DNA from: an uncultured Planctomycetales bacterium
GTDB taxonomy: Bacteria > Omnitrophota > Gorgyraeia > Gygaellales > Profunditerraquicolaceae
NCBI GenBank assembly: GCA_964359035.1
Contig: CAYHRM010000001.1
Span: 1 to 35,530, forward strand
Length of the DNA: 35,530 bases
Reading direction: 5' to 3'
Below, piece by piece: positions 17,150-24,147 of the stretch (the stretch's first letter is position 1; each line of letters opens with the position of its first letter). The notes beneath the pieces were generated by a model that was given only the letters and a program-made list of their open reading frames with translations, did no database searches and was not told the DNA's origin. A program made the translations under genes and the position numbers.

Positions 17150-17892
17150 TAAAACGGAATACTGACACCTGCTTCAATTGCCTGTTCTTTTTGGCGGGAT
17201 TTTAGTCTTAAGAAAACTTCAGCATCGAGATGCTCTAGGAATTTATGAGTCATGATGAGAGTTATGCCTACGGATTTGCCTAATTCATTTTTAAGCGCAA
17301 AGATAACTTTGTTAGGGCCAAAAGTTACCGTTGCGCCAAATTCTATCGATTTAATATTGCCTTGGCCATAATCCATTTGGAAAGTTAACCCTAAGTTGCG
17401 GCCGAATTTCCATTCGCCAAAAAGAATAATCAGCTGACCAGGTGCTGTCAGGCGACTTTGACGCAGGCCTACGCCAATACGATAACGAATCTCTCCTTTT
17501 TTTGGATAAAACGTGGGTGATTCAAGTTGGACCTTGAATTCAAAACGCGAAGTCGAGCTGCCTTCAAGAAAATAAACCAGGCAATTAGCTGAAGATATGT
17601 TCCAATAGCCCTTAAAGGTTAATGAGTCGCGGCCATCTTCAGATGTATATTCAATCTGCTGATATTTGTTTAGTTTCCAGCTTCCCTTAAAGATATAAGT
17701 CTCCGGTGGGCCTTTGTGGCCAGTAACTTCAAAACAAAGTTCATTGTAATCATTGGCGCGCCAAGTGCCTTTAAGTTTAAGTATGCGCAGGCTTTGGCGA
17801 TGAGTTAAAGAATCAGTTTGGATGGTTTCAAGGACCAGGGAATTTGATTCAGCTACGATAAAACGCTTACGAATGCTGATTTTGGGCTTCAT
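17149..17892 (-). CDS. Hypothetical protein with internal KGxW repeats
   Basis: 247 aa. There are four spaced copies of the motif: LKLKGTWRAN, YIFKGSWKLN, LTFKGYWNIS and LILFGEWKFG. The composition suggests an all-beta protein. The C-terminus is ...EAGVSIPF. There is no N-terminal hydrophobic signal, and I recognise no family. The ATG lies 26 nt inside the upstream gene. Confidence 0.6.
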   Translation of the reverse strand: MKPKISIRKRFIVAESNSLVLETIQTDSLTHRQSLRILKLKGTWRANDYNELCFEVTGHKGPPETYIFKGSWKLNKYQQIEYTSEDGRDSLTFKGYWNISSANCLVYFLEGSSTSRFEFKVQLESPTFYPKKGEIRYRIGVGLRQSRLTAPGQLIILFGEWKFGRNLGLTFQMDYGQGNIKSIEFGATVTFGPNKVIFALKNELGKSVGITLIMTHKFLEHLDAEVFLRLKSRQKEQAIEAGVSIPF

Positions 17893-18925
17893 AAATTTCT
17901 TTAATTGTATCTTCTACTCCATGCATACAACTCCAAGCAGGATAATGCGTTTTGAATTTAGAAGCATCACTAATCCACCAAATGTGGTCACCAATACGGT
18001 GGTTATCAATATATTCATAATTAAACTTCTCACCGGTTAATTTCTCACACATTTTAATTGCCTCTAAAATAGAAACACTTGCTGACCTGCCAGAGCCGAT
18101 ATTGTAAACCTCGCCACAACGCGGATTCTTAAAATAATGGTCAAACGCGCTCACCAGGTCAAATGAATGAATATTATCCCTAACCTGTTTTCCTTTATAA
18201 CCAAAAATTCTATATTTACGTTTTGTTACAGCACATTTAACTAAGTAAGACAAAAAACCGTGTAATTCGGCACCAGAATGCGCCGGGCCAGTCAGGCATC
18301 CTCCTCTGAATATTCCTGTCTTAAGCTGGAAATATTTCCCATACTCCTGCGTCATAATATCCGCAGCAATTTTTGATGCACCAAAAATTGAGTGTAAGCT
18401 ATTGTCAATGCTCATAGACTCATCGATCCCCTGGTAATATCTATGGTCCTTCGCCAGATCAAAACGATGATCATTTTCAATATAAGACAAGTGATTTGGA
18501 GAATCACCATAAACCTTACTCGTAGAAGTAAAAATAAAAACCGCCTGAGGGGAGAATTTGCGCAGAGCCTCAAGCATAATTAACGTACCTTGAGCATTAA
18601 CTCCAAAATCAACCAGCGGAGCCTTAACCGCCCAATCATGAGATGGCTGGGCCGCGACATGCACAATCAAAGCGATATCTTTATTGTATTTCTTAAATAT
18701 TGAATTTATTTTACCCTGATTGCGAATATCCACAGAATAATGCTGGTAATTTTTATAAAGCTTTTGCAGGCGTTTCTTATTCCAAAGAATTGAGCCGTCT
18801 GCGCCAAAAAAGCTTTTGCGCATATTATTATCAATCCCGACGATATCAAAGCCTTTGGCCGCAAAGAAACTCACCGTTTCAGAACCAATTAAACCACAAG
18901 AACCTGTAACAATAATAACGGACAT
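17867..18925 (-). CDS. NAD-dependent sugar-nucleotide epimerase/dehydratase (extended SDR, CDP-paratose-2-epimerase-like)
   Basis: 352 aa with IIVTGSCGLIGSETVSFF and FTSTSKVYGD. The catalytic YxxxK equivalent is FGASKIAAD. The TAATG junction shares 1 nt with the fic stop. Confidence 0.82.
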   Translation of the reverse strand: MSVIIVTGSCGLIGSETVSFFAAKGFDIVGIDNNMRKSFFGADGSILWNKKRLQKLYKNYQHYSVDIRNQGKINSIFKKYNKDIALIVHVAAQPSHDWAVKAPLVDFGVNAQGTLIMLEALRKFSPQAVFIFTSTSKVYGDSPNHLSYIENDHRFDLAKDHRYYQGIDESMSIDNSLHSIFGASKIAADIMTQEYGKYFQLKTGIFRGGCLTGPAHSGAELHGFLSYLVKCAVTKRKYRIFGYKGKQVRDNIHSFDLVSAFDHYFKNPRCGEVYNIGSGRSASVSILEAIKMCEKLTGEKFNYEYIDNHRIGDHIWWISDASKFKTHYPAWSCMHGVEDTIKEIYEAQNQHS

Positions 18926-19827
18926 TATATTCCTCTCAATAAATTATACCCTTTAATTACGCTATCGCAGATCATTTGAGCCATGTTTTTAAAATCACCC
19001 AGATCTCCTTTACCTAAAGCCATATAATATTTATAACGATCACTCAATTGAATAATGGCAGGAGCATAGCCTTTGTTTAAAAGCTGAGTAATTAAAATAA
19101 GCCTCCCCACCCGGCCATTTCCATCAAAAAAAGGATGTATGGCTTCAAAAACATAGTGATCACTAGCAACTTTGCCTATCGGATCCTTACCATAGCTGTT
19201 AATTTTAGCTATAAATTTACGCATTTCCAATGGCACTGCTTGAGCCGAAGGCAACTTCTTTTCTGTATTCGTCAAATTAACGTACCTCGTGCGATATTTA
19301 CCGGGAAGCTTATCATTAAAATTATACATAATAATTGAATGTAATTTTAAAATATAATTTTCATTGATTTTAAAACCCGGCTTTATTTCCTCCAATAAAA
19401 ACTCCAAGGCATTTTTATGATTAACCGCCTCAAAAACCTCAAAAATTTCCTTACCCTTTACTTTTTCACCTTTAAACGCCGCCGCAGTTTCTTTTAATGT
19501 CATCCGGCTACCTTCAATGGCATTTGAATTGTAAGTCATCTCAAGAATAAACTTAGCGCGAATCTCCCCAGAACCCCTAAGCATCTTAATTGGATCACCT
19601 AAATCAACCTTAAGTTTATTTACTAATTCCCTTAAATCTACATATTCTTTAAATAATTCATCAATTTTATGGGATTCGGCTCTATGCGGAAGGACAGACT
19701 TATCTAACCAGCGATAAACTGTCTTATAACTTACCTCAATAAGGCGAGCAAGCTCCGAACGGCTAATTTTAGCTTGTTTAATTATACTTTCTAATTTCTC
19801 TTTATCTGAAATAGAAACCGGTTTCAT
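18925..19827 (-). CDS. Fic-family protein with N-terminal HTH and Fic_N-type inhibitory motif
   Basis: 300 aa. The HTH is SRSELARLIEVSYKTVYRWLD. The inhibitory (S/T)xxxE(G/N) motif is SNAIEG. The Fic core is HPFFDGNGRVGRLI. The SD is GGGGAG. Confidence 0.9.
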   Translation of the reverse strand: MKPVSISDKEKLESIIKQAKISRSELARLIEVSYKTVYRWLDKSVLPHRAESHKIDELFKEYVDLRELVNKLKVDLGDPIKMLRGSGEIRAKFILEMTYNSNAIEGSRMTLKETAAAFKGEKVKGKEIFEVFEAVNHKNALEFLLEEIKPGFKINENYILKLHSIIMYNFNDKLPGKYRTRYVNLTNTEKKLPSAQAVPLEMRKFIAKINSYGKDPIGKVASDHYVFEAIHPFFDGNGRVGRLILITQLLNKGYAPAIIQLSDRYKYYMALGKGDLGDFKNMAQMICDSVIKGYNLLRGI

Positions 19828-19837
19828 GTTTCTCCCC

Positions 19838-19925
19838 TATAGGACATAATCTATATTTAATCTACACAATAAGTATACCATATGTCCTAGACAATGCAAT
19901 AGATATTACGCCATAATGTCCTATA
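19838..19925. promoter_or_regulatory. Three ATGTCCTA/TAGGACAT operator-like boxes
   Basis: Plus-strand TAGGACAT is at 19840..19847. ATGTCCTA is at 19882..19889 and 19916..19923. The outer boxes extend to a 13-nt inverted pair, TATAGGACATAAT and ATAATGTCCTATA, matching at 12 of 13 positions. Confidence 0.5.
19872..19899 (-). promoter_or_regulatory. Sigma70-type promoter for fic: TTGCAT-16 nt-TATACT
   Basis: The minus strand reads TTGCATtgtcTAGGACATatggTATACT. The -35 is at 19894..19899 and the -10 at 19872..19877. One TAGGACAT box lies in the spacer. Confidence 0.5.
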
Positions 19926-19953
19926 ACTTAAACCGAGACAACGGCCGCTATCA

Positions 19954-20976
19954 TTATTTATAAAACTTATCCACATCACCTAACTTACTTTTAAGCCAAG
20001 CCTGATGCTTAAGCGACCAATCCGCTGTAAACTTAAGCCCCTGAAGAAGCTTAGCGCTCGGTTTCCAGCCAAGCTCTTGAGTAACTTTTTTAAAATTCAG
20101 GCTATATCTTAAATCATGGCCTAAACGATCCTTAACAAACTCAAATCTATCCTGGCTAACATGCATAATTTTTAACAATAATTTAACTGTATCCATATTC
20201 TTACTTTCACAGGCACTGCCTAAATTATAAATCTGCCCGATTCTGCCTTTATTCATAATTGTCAATATACCTTGCACGCAATCATCGACGTAAAGCCATT
20301 CACGCACATTTTGGCCGCGCCCATAAACTAGAATGTTTTCACCCTTTAATATTCTCAAAATAGCCAAAGGAATAAGTTTTTCCGGATACTGCCAAGGCCC
20401 ATAATTATTTGATGGCCGGATAATTATAGCAGGAAATTTATACGTTCGAACATATGACTGCACCAAAAGATCTGCGGCCGCCTTAGAAGCCGCGTAAGGG
20501 CTGTTTGGCTTAATTGGCGAATTCTCATTGAATTTACCCTTGGGGATCTCTCCATAAACTTCATCCGTAGAGATATGTATAAATTTACTTACTTTATATT
20601 TACGGCTAGCGTCCAGAAGTACTTGAGTTCCCTTAATGTTCGTATCGATAAACGGCGTGGCGTCATCAATGCTACGGTCCACGTGGCTTTCCGCAGCAAA
20701 ATGTAAAACTATTTCCGGTTTTTCTTTGGCAAAAATTAAATCAATTTGCTTTTTATGGCAAATATCAATTTTATAAAATTTAAATTTATTTTTTATTTCT
20801 TCAAGACGCTGAAGATCACCAGCATAGGTGAGTTTGTCGACAATAACAATATTAGATTGCTTCGGCGCTACGCGCCTCGCAATGACAGATGGATTGCCAA
20901 TGACGAGCCTTACAAAAGCGCTACCGATAAATCCTGCGCCGCCCGTAATTAAGATTTTAGGTATTCTTTTACGCAT
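19954..20976 (-). CDS. rfbB: dTDP-glucose 4,6-dehydratase
   Basis: 340 aa with ILITGGAGFIGSAFV, VDKLTYAGDL, HFAAESHVDRSI, HISTDEVYG and SPYAASKAAAD. It carries an extra segment, VIARRVAPKQS, in the loop after helix 1 (see findings). Confidence 0.92.
   Translation of the reverse strand: MRKRIPKILITGGAGFIGSAFVRLVIGNPSVIARRVAPKQSNIVIVDKLTYAGDLQRLEEIKNKFKFYKIDICHKKQIDLIFAKEKPEIVLHFAAESHVDRSIDDATPFIDTNIKGTQVLLDASRKYKVSKFIHISTDEVYGEIPKGKFNENSPIKPNSPYAASKAAADLLVQSYVRTYKFPAIIIRPSNNYGPWQYPEKLIPLAILRILKGENILVYGRGQNVREWLYVDDCVQGILTIMNKGRIGQIYNLGSACESKNMDTVKLLLKIMHVSQDRFEFVKDRLGHDLRYSLNFKKVTQELGWKPSAKLLQGLKFTADWSLKHQAWLKSKLGDVDKFYK
20855..20886 (-). repeat. Family-C repeat unit embedded in the rmlB coding sequence
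   Basis: The minus strand reads GTCATTGCGAGGCGCGTAGCGCCGAAGCAATC. It is identical at 29 of 32 positions to 25718..25749. Confidence 0.85.
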
Positions 20977-21770
20977 TCATCTAATACTAAATTAATGTTT
21001 CTTACTTTAAAACCTGATTTTTCAAGCTTACGAGTAGATAAAATCAGGTTGGTCCTGATTAGGCCCAACTTAACTGGGTCAACCACCGAATATTTAAATG
21101 CAGGTACATACTTTTGATATACCTGCATCAATCTCGAGTAACGCAGGCCACCCTTATTTACCAGATTATACACTCCCCGGGCGTCAATCTTTATCAAATG
21201 CTTGATTGCCTGGATAGCATCCGGAAGATAAGTTACAGAATTTGCTAAATCAATCACCTTTCCATGCTTAATAAGTTTATCTAAAATATTTTTAGGATGC
21301 TTAACATCAAGCAGCGGAATACGCATTCTCACAATGAGTATATTATAATCCCGGGCTAATGGCTCAATCGCCCTCTCCGCGTAAATTTTACTTCGGCTAT
21401 AAAATAACCTAAAAAAATAATCCTCACCATCTTCTTTTATCGATAAATTCTTTTGATAATCAAAATTAAATATGCAACCCGTACTAATCTGCACTAATTT
21501 GAGATGATTTCGCAGCGCAACTTCTGCCAGAATCAAGGGGATAAAACTATTGGAGAATAACGTTGCATCTTTTTCTAATTCACAATCATCAACATTACGC
21601 TTGCCGGTAATACCAATACAATTAATGATTACTTTAGGATTATATTTTTTAATCAGCTTTTGAGCATCGCTAAAACATTTTATCCTAGCGCCATCAATAC
21701 TACAATCCAGGCCTTTTTGCAGCCTTTGGCCCATAAAACCTTTTCCTAAAATCAAAATCTTTTTATTCAT
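20949..21770 (-). CDS. RmlD-like NAD(P)-dependent sugar-nucleotide reductase (dTDP-4-dehydrorhamnose reductase family)
   Basis: 273 aa with ILILGKGFMGQ, NCIGITGKRNVDDCE and QISTGCIF, plus the YxxxK motif YSRSK. It lies between rmlA and rmlB. Confidence 0.68.
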   Translation of the reverse strand: MNKKILILGKGFMGQRLQKGLDCSIDGARIKCFSDAQKLIKKYNPKVIINCIGITGKRNVDDCELEKDATLFSNSFIPLILAEVALRNHLKLVQISTGCIFNFDYQKNLSIKEDGEDYFFRLFYSRSKIYAERAIEPLARDYNILIVRMRIPLLDVKHPKNILDKLIKHGKVIDLANSVTYLPDAIQAIKHLIKIDARGVYNLVNKGGLRYSRLMQVYQKYVPAFKYSVVDPVKLGLIRTNLILSTRKLEKSGFKVRNINLVLDECVKEYLKS

Positions 21771-22629
21771 GCTTAAGCAAATTTTTTAAATAAACACCAT
21801 AACTAGTCGGTGTTTGATCGGCAAGCTTTAGCAATTGCAACTTATTAATATACCCCTTACGATAAGCTATTTCCTCGATACAACCAATTTTTAGACCCTG
21901 CCTATCTTCTATGGTTTTAATAAAAATTGAGGCATCAATTAGCGATTCATAAGTTCCGGTATCCAACCAGGCATATCCCCGGCCCAATAATTTAACCTTA
22001 AGCAACCCACGTTTTAAATATTCTTTATTTAAATCATTAATTTCTATTTCATTTCTTTTAGACGGTTTTAGTTTTTTAGCAATCTTTGACGCAAGATTAT
22101 CATAAAAATACATCCCACAAGTTACCCAATTAGATTTTGGTTTTTTAGGCTTCTCCTCAAGTGAAACTACATTAGAATCTTTATCAAAGCCAATCACCCC
22201 ATACCGCTGTGGATCTTTAACATAATAACCAAAAATTAAAGCACCATCTTTTAGCCTCGCCGCCTCCTGCACCAATGTCACCAGTTGATCACCATAAAAT
22301 ATATTATCTCCCAAGGCCAGGCAAACACTAGCATCACCAATAAATTTTTCTCCAATCACTAGGCTCTGAGCAATACCCTGAGGTTCTTTTTGAACAGCAT
22401 AAGAAATCTCCAAGCCCAACTCTTTTCCATCACCCAATAGCTCTTTAAATCTCGGTAAATCTTTAAACGTAGAAATAATCAAAATTTCCCGCATACCCGC
22501 CAACATCAGTACGGAAAGCGAATAATAAATCATCGGCTTATCATAAATCGGCAGCATCTGCTTACATACACCTTTGGTAATCGGATAAAGTCGCGTAGCT
22601 TTGCCACCCGCCAGAATTATCCCTTTCAT
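21763..22629 (-). CDS. rfbA: Glucose-1-phosphate thymidylyltransferase
   Basis: 288 aa with MKGIILAGGKATRLYPITKGVCKQMLPIYDKPMIYYSLSVLMLAGMREILIIS. A strong AAGGAGG SD lies upstream. Confidence 0.93.
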   Translation of the reverse strand: MKGIILAGGKATRLYPITKGVCKQMLPIYDKPMIYYSLSVLMLAGMREILIISTFKDLPRFKELLGDGKELGLEISYAVQKEPQGIAQSLVIGEKFIGDASVCLALGDNIFYGDQLVTLVQEAARLKDGALIFGYYVKDPQRYGVIGFDKDSNVVSLEEKPKKPKSNWVTCGMYFYDNLASKIAKKLKPSKRNEIEINDLNKEYLKRGLLKVKLLGRGYAWLDTGTYESLIDASIFIKTIEDRQGLKIGCIEEIAYRKGYINKLQLLKLADQTPTSYGVYLKNLLKHE

Positions 22630-22904
22630 TTAGCTACCTCCTTGCCTGCCGCCAAGCAAGCCATATTTAAAATATAAAAATATAAGCACCGCCAATGTAA
22701 TTAAAGTTACAATATTGGCAATTATAATTATGGGATCCTTCCGGGCAATTCCATAAACCAGCCACAAACACCCGCGGAAAGTTGAAATAAAGTAACCGGG
22801 CTAACATCCTTAACCGAGCGGGTCTTCAGCGACCGGAATATCTGCGGAACAAAAGAAAACATGGTTAGCGTAGCTGCTAGCGCGCCGATTACGGTCCAAA
22901 TCAT
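22630..22904 (-). pseudogene. SemiSWEET (PQ-loop) sugar transporter gene interrupted by an apparent 1-nt deletion
   Basis: Not in the ORF track. The first frame (22904..22728) gives [46 protein letters not shown]... The second frame (to the stop at 22630) gives ...CLWLVYGIARKDPIIIIANIVTLITLAVLIFLYFKYGLLGGRQGGS. Together these make a typical three-TM SemiSWEET of about 91 aa. The span is 275 nt, which is not a multiple of 3. The frames switch at the T3 run at 22766..22768. Confidence 0.65.
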
Positions 22905-24073
22905 AATATTATTTTTAGGAATCTGCGGGAGCCGGCTTTAATGATACCGGGTTCAAGCGGGATAAAATCATCTTTTTGGATCTTTACATCATTAAAACTA
23001 ACTGCCCCCTGCTGAATAAGCCTGCGCGCTTCATTACCGCTAGCCACCAGCTTACTTTCAACAAGTATAGCCAAAATATTCTTCTTGCCATCAGTTTTAA
23101 ACTTTAGCATATCGGCAGGCACTTCTTTCTGAGAAAATACGCGACTAAACTCCTCCGCCTCTTTTTCTGCAGCTTGCACAGAATGATATTGCGCAATTAT
23201 GATCTTGGCTAAATTAACTTTTGCCTCTTTAGGGTGCAGCTGTTTAACTTTAATCAAATCTTCATCCGTAAGCAGTTCATAATATTTAAGCATTAGCTCA
23301 TCAGAAATGGACATGATCTTGCCAAACATCTCTTTTGCGGATTCATTGATCGCAATATAATTGCCAAAAGATTTGCTCATTTTGGCCACGCCATCAGTAC
23401 CTTCAAGTAACGGCATAGTGATAACCACCTGCTGTGGTTGATCATAATCCTTTTGTATCTCTCTGCCCATCAAAAGATTAAATTTCTGGTCAGTCCCACC
23501 CAATTCTACATCTGCCTTAAGTTCTACGGAATCATAACCCTGGATCAAAGGATATAAAAACTCTAGAATAGAAATATCTTCTCCGTTGGCATAACGTTTT
23601 TTAAAATCTTCTCGGGCCAACATCTGAGCAACGCTAGAATGCGTTGTTAAATCCAATAATCCTAATATATTAATTTTCTTAAACCACTCACTATTAAATC
23701 TAATTTCAAGTTTTTTACGATTAATATCTAGAACTTTAGCAACTTGCCTCTTATATGATTCCGCGTTACTAAGAACTTCTTTCGTAGTAAGTCGTTTTCT
23801 TTTTTCCGAACGACCAGTAGGATCTCCAATTTGACCAGTAAGATCACCAATAAGAAAAGTAACCTTGTGGCCACAATCCTGAAACTGACGCAGTTTGCGT
23901 AAAAGCACCGTATGGCCTAAATGTAAATCCGGCGCCGTCGGATCAAAGCCGGCTTTAATTTTTAAGGGGCGCTTAAATTTAATGCTCTGCGCCAGCTTCT
24001 TACGAAGCTCCTCTTCAGAGATTATCTCTACAGCGCCCCTTTTAATTATTTCTAATTGCTTTTCGATATCCAT
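22901..24073 (-). CDS. tyrS: Tyrosyl-tRNA synthetase (short form with C-terminal S4-like domain)
   Basis: The HIGH motif is DLHLGHTV and the KMSKS motif is AKMSKSFGN. The S4-like tail is [18 protein letters not shown] place the start at the ATG at 24073 ([18 protein letters not shown]), by comparison with known TyrRS N-termini. The track start at 24121 is a TTG inside repeat A2. Confidence 0.9.
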   Translation of the reverse strand: MDIEKQLEIIKRGAVEIISEEELRKKLAQSIKFKRPLKIKAGFDPTAPDLHLGHTVLLRKLRQFQDCGHKVTFLIGDLTGQIGDPTGRSEKRKRLTTKEVLSNAESYKRQVAKVLDINRKKLEIRFNSEWFKKINILGLLDLTTHSSVAQMLAREDFKKRYANGEDISILEFLYPLIQGYDSVELKADVELGGTDQKFNLLMGREIQKDYDQPQQVVITMPLLEGTDGVAKMSKSFGNYIAINESAKEMFGKIMSISDELMLKYYELLTDEDLIKVKQLHPKEAKVNLAKIIIAQYHSVQAAEKEAEEFSRVFSQKEVPADMLKFKTDGKKNILAILVESKLVASGNEARRLIQQGAVSFNDVKIQKDDFIPLEPGIIKAGSRRFLKIIL

Positions 24074-24083
24074 ATTTAAATCT

Positions 24084-24141
24084 GGGACCGTTTCTATTTT
24101 TCTAGGAACTGCCCCCATCAAATAAAAATAGAAACGGTCCC
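24084..24141. repeat. Family-A inverted repeat, copy A2 (18-nt perfect arms, 22-nt spacer)
   Basis: The arms are GGGACCGTTTCTATTTTT (24084..24101) and AAAAATAGAAACGGTCCC (24124..24141). The element fills the gap between the rpsA stop (24148) and the tyrS ATG (24073). Confidence 0.85.
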
Positions 24142-24147
24142 TTTTAA

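Noticed and set aside
19814-19825. The GAAACCGGTTTC 12-nt palindrome at the fic start, which resembles the TAGAAACG core of family A.
   Set aside because: It lies within coding sequence and the start codon. It lacks the GGG...CCC base and the second arm, so it is most likely coincidental.
24074-24121. The N-terminal extension of tyrS ([16 protein letters not shown]) from the TTG at 24121 or the ATG at 24118.
   Set aside because: It lies inside the family-A inverted repeat. TyrRS homologues begin at the [13 protein letters not shown]-type sequence. I keep this only as an alternative that start-site data should test.
24074-24147. A possible T-box or other riboswitch leader upstream of tyrS.
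   Set aside because: The spacer is only 74 nt and is fully occupied by the family-A hairpin. I saw no T-box core (GGUGGNACCGCG-like) or specifier-loop architecture.
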